Shown in pieces: positions 43,145-54,200 of a stretch of DNA of 64,000 nucleotides; within the stretch, counting starts at the first letter, position 1; every line of letters starts with the position of its first letter. Origin of the DNA: Savitreella phatthalungensis. Its lineage: Eukaryota. The DNA lies in NCBI GenBank assembly GCA_051599415.1, contig AP039715.1, positions 186,001 through 250,000 of the forward strand, read 5' to 3'. The position numbers were made by a program, and so were the translations under genes. Below the pieces are notes generated by a model, which was not told where the DNA came from, ran no database searches, and saw only the letters and a program-made list of their open reading frames with translations.

Positions 43145-44248
43145 TCACCCGCTTTTGCCTTTACCTTCATTTGTGCCGAGCGGTCTGACGAGAATGCCAC
43201 CTGCTGGCTCACGGCCATCGTCACCACCGACGCCCATGACGAGCGTCCTGCCGTCTTCTGCGAATGCGAGGCAATTGAGTGATTTGCCACAGCTCGCGTA
43301 CTGCTTGACGCGCTTCTTGGCCGTGAGATCCCACATGCTGACGACGCCGTCACCGCCTGCGGTCGCGAAGGTGTGGTGGATCGGGTGGAATGCGACTGCG
43401 TGGACCGGGTGGACGATGTCTTCTTGATCGGGGGACGTGGCCTGCTGCCTGTGGCACTTGAACGCGTACTTGCGCTCCTGCTCGTCGTCCCCAAAGAACT
43501 CCACAGACACCCGTCCCTCGATCGATGTGCAGATGTACCCGCGACCGTCAGCCGTACACTCGACAGTCCGAGTCTGGTACTTGAGCGAAGATTCACGCGT
43601 CTGCACAGGTCTCAACCGCTCCACTTCCATCTCCCCATCACACACCTTCCTCATCTCGGCCAAGCTGAAGATGTCAATCATCCGGCCTGCCTGGGCAACC
43701 ACCAGCTTGTCTCGACTCAAGGTGAGTGCGAGCACTTTGCCGTGGAGGTTGATGGCGTGGGTGGTTGGTCGGAGTAGCTGTGTCGGTGTGGTGGTATCGT
43801 CTGAGTCTGCTTGAGCCTGGACGCGGCCGAAGACGAGTTTTCCATCCCAGCCTCCGCTGATGAGGAGCTCGTGTTCTGCAGAGTACTTGACCGCTCTGGC
43901 TGCGTGTGGGTGGTGAGCACCGTATCGGAAGGTCGTGTTGCCCTCGACGTCGAAGCACCTCACGCTCCCGTCGAGTCCAGCAGTCACGAGGTGCGACTCG
44001 TCCAAAAAACAACTGTCGAGCACAGGCGCTCGCGTCTCCACATCCAGAATCAGGCAATCGTCACACAGCATCGTAGCGCCAGAAGACGAACCTGCAGCCC
44101 CAGAACCAGCACCATGTGTAGACCGGGAGAGATCGTATACGCGCACGTGGCAGTCCCAGGAACTCGCCAGCAGGACGGTGGATGAGCCGGGGAGGAATTT
44201 TAGAGAAGAGACAGAGTCGCTAGGACCGGGTAAATCGTCGATCGACAT
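43145..44248 (-). CDS. BUB3: spindle checkpoint WD40 protein Bub3
   Basis: LLASSWD, RESSLKYQTR, SIEGRVSVEFF, KYAFKCHR and AFHPIHHTFATAGGDG (Bub3 rather than Rae1 wording). Confidence 0.9.
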   Translation of the reverse strand: MSIDDLPGPSDSVSSLKFLPGSSTVLLASSWDCHVRVYDLSRSTHGAGSGAAGSSSGATMLCDDCLILDVETRAPVLDSCFLDESHLVTAGLDGSVRCFDVEGNTTFRYGAHHPHAARAVKYSAEHELLISGGWDGKLVFGRVQAQADSDDTTTPTQLLRPTTHAINLHGKVLALTLSRDKLVVAQAGRMIDIFSLAEMRKVCDGEMEVERLRPVQTRESSLKYQTRTVECTADGRGYICTSIEGRVSVEFFGDDEQERKYAFKCHRQQATSPDQEDIVHPVHAVAFHPIHHTFATAGGDGVVSMWDLTAKKRVKQYASCGKSLNCLAFAEDGRTLVMGVGGDDGREPAGGILVRPLGTNEGKGKSG

Positions 44249-44332
44249 AGAGGAGAAGAGCGGAGATCAGAATGGGATGAGAGAAGAAGAGTCGTGACCA
44301 GATGAGATGAGGTTGAAGCGAGTGAAGCTAGG

Positions 44333-44352
44333 GAGAGAGAGAGAGAGAGAGA
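44333..44352. repeat. (GA)n microsatellite
   Basis: About 10 GA units upstream of BUB3. Confidence 0.85.
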
Positions 44353-44766
44353 AAGGGAGAGAGTTGAATGAGGAGAAGGAGAGGATACTGTTGTGGACGT
44401 TGTGATAGGTGTATGAAGTGTATACTGGAGAGTAGACGTGTGTGGATGATAAAGCTAGGTTGGAGGAATGGTCCAAGTTGTTTTGAAGTAAACAAATAGG
44501 TTCAGCAATCCATTGCGCGCATCCATCTCATCTCAAAATTCATCCCGAAATATCATGCATCTTCTAAAATCTGAGATTTATGCATCCAACCGTCGTAAAT
44601 CCCAGAAAGTCTCCAGTCTCAGGAATCTGATGAGCGTGTGTGGGAGAGGAATTCGAAGAACCATGGATACATGCAGGAACTGTCTGGAATTCTAATTCGA
44701 TGCATGAGCTACATAGTAAGGGTTCATTCAAGCAAGTGTTGAATTTCGTCGACTGAAGAATTTAAA

Positions 44767-44831
44767 TTGTGAATTGCATTTGTGGATTGCATTTGTGAAT
44801 TGAATTTGTGAATTGAATTTGTGAATTGTAT
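44767..44831. repeat. 13-bp minisatellite, 5 copies (TTGTGAATTG[C/A/T]AT)
   Basis: Five contiguous near-identical 13-mers. Confidence 0.9.
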
Positions 44832-44881
44832 CAACGTACGTCATTCATTTTCACAATCTCAACACAGCTGTGGATATGTGC

Positions 44882-44993
44882 ACACTCAATAAACTCAATA
44901 CACTCAATACACTCAATACACTGACACACTCAATACACTCACACACTCATACACTCATACACTCATACACTCATACACTCATACACTCATATA
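44882..44993. repeat. compound 9-mer (ACACTCAAT) / 8-mer (ACACTCAT) tandem repeat
   Basis: Directly visible tandem array in the BUB3/ZPR1 divergent intergenic region. Confidence 0.9.
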
Positions 44994-45306
44994 CTGATGC
45001 ATTATGCATTGGAGAATACCAGCTGGGTGAGTATTCACTCACACCGTTGGACGAATCATATAGCATGTGCTAATTAATCCCCGTGCCTGAGTCAAGTCAG
45101 TAACTTACAGCAAGATATCCCTCTTTCTTTCCCCCATCTAACATCAACATCATCCACACCCACACCACTCCCAATCACCCAAACACCCAATACTACTACT
45201 ATCATCATCATCATCCACCACCAGCATCATCCACCACCAGCATCATCCACCATAGAGTCATCCTCTTCCATCTATCCAACCCACCCATCCAACCCAATTT
45301 TCCATC

Positions 45307-46875
45307 ATGTCCTCAGATACACCCATGGAAGAAGACTCAATCCAAGTACAAAACCCTCTACAACCTCAAACTCAAAGTCAACCTCAAACTCAAACTCAAA
45401 GTCCACTCACAAAGCGCAAGTTCGCAGACATGGCATCCACCACAACCCAGCATCCATCAGACTCAGACTCACAACCTGCACGTGCACAACCACCTCCTCA
45501 ACCACTCCCTTCTCAAATTGTCCCAGAAGGCTCAGAAGTCACTACTGCAGATCAAGTCTTCTCATCAATCGGAGACCAAGTCGAACGCAGCAACGATGGT
45601 GATGACCAGGTCGTACAGCAGATCGAGTCCATGTGTGTCAACTGCGGAGAAAACGGAGAGACCAGACTCCTCCTCACCGTCATCCCGTTCTTCAAGGAAG
45701 TCATCCTCATGTCATTCGAATGCCCACACTGTCATCTCAAGAACAGCGAGATCCAGTCAGCAGGCCAGATCCAGGAGCGAGCATGTCGGTACACGCTCAG
45801 AGTTACAACCAAGGAAGACCTAGATCGTCAGCTCGTCAAGTCAGAATCATGCACAGCAGCCTTCGCTGACCTAGATCTCGAGATTCCACCGCAGCGCGGA
45901 CAGCTCACAACAGTCGAAGGTCTTCTCACCACAGTCATCGAAGATCTCTCCGTCGCGCAAGACCTTCGCAAGGAGCAGGCTCCTGAAGCATACACCAAGA
46001 TCGAGCAGATGATGGCTGACATGCGCGCGATGATCGACGGCGAAAGACTACCCTTCACAGTCTCCGTGGATGACATTGCAGGGAACTCGTGGATCGAGCC
46101 ACGACCTGGAGATGCTCAGAGCAAGTGGCAGCGAGTCGAGTACAAACGAACACCTCAGCAGAATGCTCGTCTAGGTCTCGGCAATCCCGAAGCACCTGAT
46201 GTCGATGCCATCCAGCCAGACGAGGTGCACACGTTCCCGGCATCGTGCCCTGCCTGCTCACGCCCATGCGACACACACATGAAGCTGGTCGATATCCCTC
46301 ACTTCAAGGAGGTCGTCATCATGTCTACCGTCTGCCATGACTGCGGATACAAGAGCAATGAGGTCAAGACAGGCGGTGCCATCCCGCCACTCGGCAGAAA
46401 GATCACTCTCCAAGTCGAGGATCCTGACGATCTCGCCCTCGATATTCTCAAGAGCGAGTCGTGTGCGCTCACAGTGCCAGAGCTCTCGCTCGATCTCCAC
46501 CCAGGCACGCTCGGTGGAAGGTTCACCACGATCGAGGGTCTCCTCGCACAGGTCCACGATGAGCTGTACGGTCGTGTATTCTCCATCAAGGACGACTCGC
46601 GCACTCCGGAAGAGCATGAACGCTGGCAGACCTTCCTCGGCCGTCTGAACACCGCAAGAGAAGGCAAGATCCCATTCACCCTGATCCTAGACGACCCGCT
46701 CTCGGCATCCTACCTCCAGAACCCGTACGCACCAGATCCGAACCCGAACATGACCGTCGAAGAGTACGAGCGCACGGAAGAGCAGAACGAGGACTACGGT
46801 CTCAACGATATCAAGGTCGAAGACTACGCAGAAGATGAAAATGATGAGAAGAAGGAGACACAGCAGGACGCATAG
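45307..46875 (+). CDS. ZPR1: zinc finger chaperone Zpr1
   Basis: Two C4 finger + A/B domain modules: IESMCVNC...IPFFKEVILMSFECPHC and CPAC...IPHFKEVVIMSTVCHDCGYKSNEVKTGG; also GGRFTTIEGLL. Confidence 0.97.
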   Translation: MSSDTPMEEDSIQVQNPLQPQTQSQPQTQTQSPLTKRKFADMASTTTQHPSDSDSQPARAQPPPQPLPSQIVPEGSEVTTADQVFSSIGDQVERSNDGDDQVVQQIESMCVNCGENGETRLLLTVIPFFKEVILMSFECPHCHLKNSEIQSAGQIQERACRYTLRVTTKEDLDRQLVKSESCTAAFADLDLEIPPQRGQLTTVEGLLTTVIEDLSVAQDLRKEQAPEAYTKIEQMMADMRAMIDGERLPFTVSVDDIAGNSWIEPRPGDAQSKWQRVEYKRTPQQNARLGLGNPEAPDVDAIQPDEVHTFPASCPACSRPCDTHMKLVDIPHFKEVVIMSTVCHDCGYKSNEVKTGGAIPPLGRKITLQVEDPDDLALDILKSESCALTVPELSLDLHPGTLGGRFTTIEGLLAQVHDELYGRVFSIKDDSRTPEEHERWQTFLGRLNTAREGKIPFTLILDDPLSASYLQNPYAPDPNPNMTVEEYERTEEQNEDYGLNDIKVEDYAEDENDEKKETQQDA

Positions 46876-46973
46876 ATAGGGTCAGCTGCATGACGAAAAG
46901 ATGATTATGGGTGAATGATGAAGAAGTGTAATAAGATAGTATACAACAATAGATGAATATGCCCTCCTCATGC

Positions 46974-47678
46974 TCAGTAGAACTTGACGCCAGAGTCTTC
47001 GCCATCAGGTCCACGCATTAAGTGGGCCTTGCCCCGCTTGGCAAGCACTTCGATCGCGCGCCGTAATATTAGTGGGTCTAGATCTTTCAGCTCATTTGCA
47101 CTCGACCCGCGAGAGCCATCTGTCAGCTCGTACAATGTTAGTACCTGACCCTGTGCACCACTCTCATCAATATGCTTGTCGAGCATATCCGCCCAGGCGT
47201 CTGCCGTCCGCCACAGCATCAGACATCTATCCTGTCCGGCAGCGCTACCAGCGCCACGTCCTGAACCTTTCTTTTTCTCCCCTCCATCCAACCATTCCGC
47301 CTCACCCCGTGAACACATCCCCTCCAAAATCTCCCTGAGAAAGGCAGGCTTGAGCGCGCGATCGATCGCGGTATTCCTGAATGGAACCTTGCCGCACTCC
47401 TCTGCCGTCGCGCTCACCACAAACACCCGTCTCCGCCGGCACCACTCCAAGATCAAGCTCCCCCATGATCCGAGCTGCCCACTCAGCGTCTCTGAGTTCG
47501 GCTGGCGTGTGAAGAACGGAGGGAAGTGATAGAGCGGTGGCAGATCAGCTACATCCTCCCCATCCGTCTTGACTGGTGATGACGTCGGTGTCGGCACAGA
47601 CCTAGGCGCCTCCACACTTAGCGCCCGCGTATTAACAGCAGCAGCAGACGATTCGACGGCCCCGCTACCGCCGTTCAT
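46974..47678 (-). CDS. VPS25: ESCRT-II subunit Vps25
   Basis: LPPLYHFPPFFTRQPN (PPxY), FRNTAIDRAL, WRTADAWA, VLTLYEL and GVKFY. First ATG is at 47678. Confidence 0.93.
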   Translation of the reverse strand: MNGGSGAVESSAAAVNTRALSVEAPRSVPTPTSSPVKTDGEDVADLPPLYHFPPFFTRQPNSETLSGQLGSWGSLILEWCRRRRVFVVSATAEECGKVPFRNTAIDRALKPAFLREILEGMCSRGEAEWLDGGEKKKGSGRGAGSAAGQDRCLMLWRTADAWADMLDKHIDESGAQGQVLTLYELTDGSRGSSANELKDLDPLILRRAIEVLAKRGKAHLMRGPDGEDSGVKFY

Positions 47679-47943
47679 CGATTGCAATGTTGAATGACAA
47701 TCCTGGATCTCAAAGTTGGTGCAGACAAGCGTCCTGCAGATCCTCTTCACGTGTCACAATCAAACGACGTCAATGTTGGCAGCCAAGTTTTATTCTCCAC
47801 AATTTTCTCAAAGTTTCAGCAGCAGTGACACAAGCTTCGAAAACACCAAAAACATACACAAACAACAAAGCTCAACCCTTAAGGCTCAGTACAAGAGGTA
47901 GCACACATTTACGGGAGTCAAGACAGCTTCATTCACGGTGTGG

Positions 47944-49923
47944 ATGTCGACGACGACGCTTCCAACCACAGGAAGTGCTGCTGCAGCCGCAGAAGCTATC
48001 GAGATTGGTACTTGCTCCACAGATCCGATTGAGTCACTAATCTCACGTGGGTACGCCTTCTCATGTCTTCCACTCACAGACTCGCTTGATGGCTCTCAGG
48101 GATGTAGCGTCTCGATTGTGGTCGGTGACGATATCCACTCGATCGACTCGCAAGTGCGTCAGGAAGCACTTGATCGTATCAAACTTGATATCGGCTACCT
48201 TCAGCATCACAGCATCCACAACGTCCTCATGCAAGCACCACTCCTCCCAGAGCACGCTCTCCTATACGCTCATTCCATCGCACCACTCCTACGACAATTC
48301 CCATATCTCGAGCTTTCCCTACTGATACCGCTCTGTCCACCGACCTCTGTTGTGGATGAGCCGAAGCTGGCTGCGGAAATCGAAGACGATCCCGAGCTGC
48401 TGGCTGAGGTCGAGGATGACCAACTCACAAACTGGGGCATCTGGGACGAAATCAGGTCAGTATGTAACTACCATCCTCGACTCCACCTAGCATTACAACT
48501 TCCCCCGAGACTACCATCAGACGTGTGCATGTCTCGATGGCTGGCAGAGGATGTACGGTATCTCGTCGTGTCTGCTGGCATCTTCCTCGTCAACCAGAAA
48601 GGCTACCCGGTGCTGCCCAAAGGCCACCAGCGCTTCATCCAGCTTGCGGCTAAATTCGACCCGAGTATCCTGCTCGAGCACACGGACAAGCACCAGCGAC
48701 TCGGTGGCGAAGATGCATATCTCCAGTACGTCCGATACGTCCTGACCCACGCGCCAGAGCCGACACTCCAGGAACGCTTCGCAGTTGGATACGCAGACTT
48801 CCTCCAGCAGCCGCTTCAACCGCTCCAGGATGATCTCTCAGCAGTCACCTACGAAGTCTTCGAGAAAGACCCATGCAAGTACGAGAAGTACGAAGAAGCC
48901 ATCGCACTCGCCCTCCAAGATCGTAAAGGACAACGCGGGCGCACAGTCGTCGCGGTCGTCGGCGCAGGGCGTGGACCGCTTGTTGACTGCTGTCTGCGAG
49001 CAGCTGCTCGCACTGGTCGTCCCATGAAGCTGTACGCTGTCGAGAAGAACGCACACGCGTGTGCCGGTTTGCGTCGCCGGGTGGTCAGTGACGGAGGCGA
49101 CTGGCGAGGTAAAGTGGAGTTGGTAGAAGGCGACATGCGGCTGTGGGAGCCAGAAGAATACATCGACATCCTCGTCTCCGAACTCCTCGGCTCCTTCGCC
49201 GACAACGAGCTCTCGCCAGAATGCCTCGACGGCGTCCAGCGCGTCCTCGAACCCACCTCCGGCATCTCCATCCCGCAACGCTACACCCCCTACATCCAAC
49301 CCATCATGACCCCGCGCCTCTACACAGCCCTCTTCAATGCTGCCGCAGGCAGCAGCCCTTCCAACACGACGGTCAATCGTCAAGGGAATCTCTCAAAACG
49401 CACGTTCTCCACAGACCCGCTCGAGACACCCTACGTCGTTCTCCTCTCCAAATTCGACCCGCTGTCGGTCAACGCTTCCCCGCTCTGGCACTTCCACCAC
49501 CCTGCAGACACAGCAACGCTATCAGCCATGCCCGCAGACGCCCGACAGGCGCGCAACAAGCGGTACGGCCGGTGCGTGTTTGACGTCGATCGCGCTGGCA
49601 CATGCCACGGACTCGCTGGGTACTTTGAGGCCGTGCTGTACCCTGGGATCGAGTTGTCCACGGTCCCAGGACCTTCCGGCCGGCAACTCAAGTCGCCAAA
49701 CCTCGTCTCCTGGTTCCCAATGTACCTGCCGATCCCGCACCCGCTCACCGTCCCGCGAGGCGGCGCAGTGATCGAGGCACACGTCTGGAGAGACACAGAC
49801 CCCCATGCAGGAGGCAGAAGAGTCTGGTACGCCTGGAAAATAGACGTCCGTGTGCTAGACCGGATCGTCGCCACCTCAGGCATCATCAACCAGCATGGTG
49901 AGTCTAGTAGTCTGGCGTTGTAG
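47944..49923 (+). CDS. skb1: protein arginine methyltransferase 5 (Skb1/Hsl7)
   Basis: LQQPLQPLQDDL...YEVFEKDP.KY, VVGAGRGPLV, AVEKN, VSELLGSFADNELSPECLDG, HGLAGYFEAVLY and SWFP. ATG at 47944. Confidence 0.95.
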   Translation: MSTTTLPTTGSAAAAAEAIEIGTCSTDPIESLISRGYAFSCLPLTDSLDGSQGCSVSIVVGDDIHSIDSQVRQEALDRIKLDIGYLQHHSIHNVLMQAPLLPEHALLYAHSIAPLLRQFPYLELSLLIPLCPPTSVVDEPKLAAEIEDDPELLAEVEDDQLTNWGIWDEIRSVCNYHPRLHLALQLPPRLPSDVCMSRWLAEDVRYLVVSAGIFLVNQKGYPVLPKGHQRFIQLAAKFDPSILLEHTDKHQRLGGEDAYLQYVRYVLTHAPEPTLQERFAVGYADFLQQPLQPLQDDLSAVTYEVFEKDPCKYEKYEEAIALALQDRKGQRGRTVVAVVGAGRGPLVDCCLRAAARTGRPMKLYAVEKNAHACAGLRRRVVSDGGDWRGKVELVEGDMRLWEPEEYIDILVSELLGSFADNELSPECLDGVQRVLEPTSGISIPQRYTPYIQPIMTPRLYTALFNAAAGSSPSNTTVNRQGNLSKRTFSTDPLETPYVVLLSKFDPLSVNASPLWHFHHPADTATLSAMPADARQARNKRYGRCVFDVDRAGTCHGLAGYFEAVLYPGIELSTVPGPSGRQLKSPNLVSWFPMYLPIPHPLTVPRGGAVIEAHVWRDTDPHAGGRRVWYAWKIDVRVLDRIVATSGIINQHGESSSLAL

Positions 49924-50038
49924 CATCCGCGTTATGAAGGCATGTAAATATGTATGTACATTTCGTCCGGGGCTTTCGTCTGAGGAAATCCCTATGCTAT
50001 ATGATGCTGAAAAATCGAACAAACGTCGAGTCCGACGC

Positions 50039-50959
50039 TTACTTCGCCTTGTCCTGATCCCGGACAGACAACCGTGACTGCATGGCAGCTGCGAGCAGAT
50101 CGATCGTGGCCTCATCCATCCCGCGCAACCGTGCATCCACCCACAACTCCTTCCGCGTCTTCGTTTGCCCCTTTGACCCCTCCTCCGTCTCAGCCCTACC
50201 CACCACCGCATCACTACCATCAAGGAACTCCCCATCGACCTGGGCCTCCTCAGGATCAGCCCACTCAGGCACGTTCGACGGCTTCTCTCCCATCTGAACT
50301 GCTGCCCTGGCCATGTACCTGGGGGTGCCTACCTTCTGCCACTTATGCTTTGAGTACTTGTTTCGGAGGGCGTCTGCGACTTCGTGAGGTACCGGTGGTG
50401 TGTGCAAGGTCTCGATGAATGTGGTTGCTTTGAGATCTCCTGCGGACGTATCCACCCCTTCGACCTCCCTCTTCGACGCCTCGGAAACCCCGAGCCGCGG
50501 CCACGGCAAAAACACCTTCTCTCCTGGAATCCACCGACGCCAAGTCAGCAAATGTCGCTCCTTGTTGAAAAACGTCCGGCCTCTCGCAACCCGCTTCACA
50601 AACACCGTCCGCTTGGGCGAGTCGGGCGTCGGGTCTACCGACGACACGGGGATCTCTCCGACCAGCTGGACGTTCGAGTAGTGGATCGGTGCGGCGTACT
50701 CGAATCGCTGAGATTCCAAGCCGGATGCTTGGGCGACGACGAGTGGGAGCATCTTGCGGACGACGTTGACGCCGCCGACGACGATTTTGTTTTTTGATGG
50801 AAGGACTTCTTGGACCTTGCCGACCTTGCCTTTCGATGGGCCCGTGATCACCCGCACAGTGTCCCCGACAGCGATGTTCCAGTACTTGATCTTGTCCTTC
50901 GGATGTAAGGGTCGAGCGCCTTTCGCGCCCGCACCGCGAAATACCAGTCTCGAGCTCAT
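50039..50959 (-). CDS. MRPL40: mitochondrial large ribosomal subunit protein uL24m (KOW)
   Basis: KDKIKYWNIAVGDTVRVITGPSKGKVGKV, APIHYSNVQLV, RWIPG..LPWP and LRNKYS. Confidence 0.82.
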   Translation of the reverse strand: MSSRLVFRGAGAKGARPLHPKDKIKYWNIAVGDTVRVITGPSKGKVGKVQEVLPSKNKIVVGGVNVVRKMLPLVVAQASGLESQRFEYAAPIHYSNVQLVGEIPVSSVDPTPDSPKRTVFVKRVARGRTFFNKERHLLTWRRWIPGEKVFLPWPRLGVSEASKREVEGVDTSAGDLKATTFIETLHTPPVPHEVADALRNKYSKHKWQKVGTPRYMARAAVQMGEKPSNVPEWADPEEAQVDGEFLDGSDAVVGRAETEEGSKGQTKTRKELWVDARLRGMDEATIDLLAAAMQSRLSVRDQDKAK

Positions 50960-51212
50960 CTCCCGGAAGAAGGTCGAACCGACTGCCTTTCTTGGTAAAA
51001 AGAGGTTGTAATGTCTACAGAGGTCTTATGGAGTCCTTTTTTAGCCTTGCACAAATCTTCGATATTAGCCACACAGATGAAGTGGGTGGTGTGGCGCCAC
51101 AATCCCCTATGCACAAGGTGGTGAGGTATGCATGGACCTGGACTATGGTGTTATGTAGTGTACATCAAGGTCATGGTCATTGCTATATGCTATAGTATAG
51201 GGAGTGATGTCG

Positions 51213-54200
51213 TCAATGTAGTCGTGACAGTTCTTCCACCATGGTCTCGAGGTGATCGACTGATTGACCTACTTGGTCTGCCACCGATTTCTTCCTGTCT
51301 GCGCTGAAATCGAGGAACTTCTCTATCAGGTCGCCGTCGACGAATCGCGATGGCTCAGCGACTTTGACGTGCGGAGTTCGGTAGCCTCGCCAGTCAAAGA
51401 AGTTCAGCCCGCCAACAGGCTGAATGACGCTCGCCATCGCAGACTGCAACTCGAGAAGCAAATTGACCTGATCAGAGGCAATCCGTCCAACGATCCCGAT
51501 CGTTCCATCGACAGTGCCGAAGAGAGATAGAGGCTGGACAAGGTGTGTCGAGGCTGTGCCCGAAGCTCGCGTACCTGAATCTTCCGGCTCAACGATCGCA
51601 CCCGCGCAGAATACATTGACCATCTCACCATAGTGAAGTGATCCTGTTCGATCGAGGCGTTCGCGTAGCTCTTCCAGTGGACTCTCACTCAGGTTGATGA
51701 GGACAAGGTTGCCATCGGCTTCCGATGCGATCATTCCGCCGCCTTGTGCATCGCCGAAGAAGTCTACCGCTGTTGTCCACATCGGAATATAGTCGCGTGC
51801 AAGCTCGCGCAGCTCCGATGCAACGACGTCCGAGAGTACCACACTCTTCATCAAGTCGCCATAGACGACACGAGAGCCGCTTGCTCGCATCGTAATAGCG
51901 TACGTACCGGACCGCTGTTTCGAAAGCTGAACAACCTCCACTGCACCGTTGCTTTCGCGGACGTTGTACAGGTAGACGTAGGCGTTGACGCCCGCCACAA
52001 GCTGTCCGCGCGTATCAGCAACGCAGTAGACACTGCCTGGTGTTTCGTGCTGTGCTGTCATCGACAGGGTCTTGGTCAGTTCGTCGTAAGCGAGCAAAAG
52101 AATCCTGCCAGAACGACATTCATCCACGCCTTCCTCTGTAATGCTCGTGCCGACCGCTAGCAGTCGTGAGTCGAGCACACAGATGCTCTGGCACATCTCA
52201 TTGTTGTCGAGTTCAAGCGTCTCGAGCAGCTCGAACGTCTCCCTATCGAAGATCCGGACAAACGAACGCTGTGTCTCGTTGCCTGTGACCTGCTCGACTT
52301 CCAGTCGCATCGTCAGTGCGGCATAAACCTCGCCAAAGGCCACGAGCCTTCTAACCAGCTCACCGACGGGCACCGCTCGGTATTGTAGCTTCTGAGTGCT
52401 GTCAATGCCACCAATCCGGAGACCCGTGTCAGTTGCCACGACCATGGTCGAATTTAGTGCTGCGCATTCAAAAGACGTGAAGAAAGCACAGCCGGCAATG
52501 TTGACACTCGATAGCGAGATCTTGCCGCGGGCCGCGAAAGCCAACGTCGGACGATCAGAGATTATGAAAACATTTAGTCCCTGAGGCGTCTGGAGCTCGT
52601 GTAGGGACAAAGAAATTGTGCCAAGCGTGACTTGCTTGCGTGTCGAGACAGCTCGCGCTGAGCTGTCAAATGCGAAAGTGACAAGCGTCCCGTCAGTCGC
52701 TCCAACAAACAGAGTTGGCGAATCCATCGTGGACAAGTGACGAAGGAGGATAGCATGTGGCACGAGACCATCGCCAAGCGGAATCTCAGCTGATTTCTGG
52801 AGCTTCAAATTACCGACCCAAAGCGCCGGCGAGCTCCAGTGACCGGCAATGACCGTATCTTCCGTCAGCTCGATCGAGCTGATTTCCGATTCCAGGCTGA
52901 TACTCGCGACCTTTTCCAGTGACTTGCCTATAATTTTGAAGAGGGACAATTGCGAACCTTGAGAGAGAAGAACATGCTCGCCATACTGCTTCGCTGCAGA
53001 GATCCCGGGAAGGCTGAGGGACGCGAGTTCTGAAGCACCATCGTACGAGACCACGGCGTCCTTGTACACAAGGAAAAGCTTTCCTGCATGCGAGAATGCA
53101 CCAACGACGTCTTGCTCGCCGGCGGTCAGCTGTTCGATATGTCCATCGGCGCTGACCTGCAGTACGATGAAGCCACCAACCACAGCGACCACCACGACTG
53201 AGAGATCAGTGACGCCGTAGATCCCGCGAACGTTGTCGATTGCGATCTCTGCCTGGTCAGTCATGCCAACGCCGTAGCGAACGATCCGAATGCAGCCGTC
53301 CCGATACGCGCCAGACGCTGTCAGGAGCGTGTTGAGCCCAGCGGAGCCACTATCACTTCTGAGCACCATATCTTGAATCGGTCCGAGGTTAGTCTTCGAT
53401 GCTATGAGGTCCAGTGTGGCGAGATCTAGTAACTGGGAATCAGCATAATGGCTTCCGAGGAAGAGATATTTATCGTTGAAGACGCGCAATGTGGCTGGGA
53501 TGCTCAACGGTGTCTGGTCTACCGGTGGCTCCAGGCGGACGACAGAGGGAGGACTTGCATTGAAGTCGAATTGCCACAAAAGGCCATAATCGTCTCCAAG
53601 TATATATTTCCGCCATCCAGCGCTCGTCCGACTATTGAATAGAGTCGGAGTTTCGAGCGGTATGCGCAGGAAACCTTTTTCAGCCGACATGACCCCAAAC
53701 TCTGTCTCTCCAATGGCTGCAAACTCGCCAGGTGCGCCTAGTGAGAGGAGCATTGATGTTCCAGCCTCGAGCTGTCGCAATTCGCTGCCGTGCGGTTCTA
53801 GGTCAAATTCACCACGCTTGTAGATGACGTTGTATGTTTTGGCATGTGTCAGGAGCTGATGATCGCGATAGAGAATGGTAAGGACGCCATCGATAAGCAT
53901 AATATCATGTGCCTTGACTTCTAGCACGCGGATTGCACATGCTGGACCGAAGGTACGTCCGGCATCTCTCGCACGCTTCTTCGAGCGCTTCGCGGAGTTG
54001 TAGAAGGGCAGGACGGTGATGAGACCGCAGTAGAAGAAAACAACGACCATGTCGTCATCAGTGGTCACTCGATGACCCGTCTCCGGGGAGAGCATCCCAG
54101 GGGTTTCCATGCTTCCGCTGACGCCAGTCTCGAATGCGCCATCAACGTAGCTGAGCGTGAAGTACCTGTGGTCCTCTGTTGTCACAAACAGGCTATCTAG

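Noticed and set aside
44767..44993. CRISPR-like or telomeric array
   Set aside because: Repeat units are contiguous with no unique spacers, there are no cas genes, the context is eukaryotic, and the units are not TTAGGG-like.
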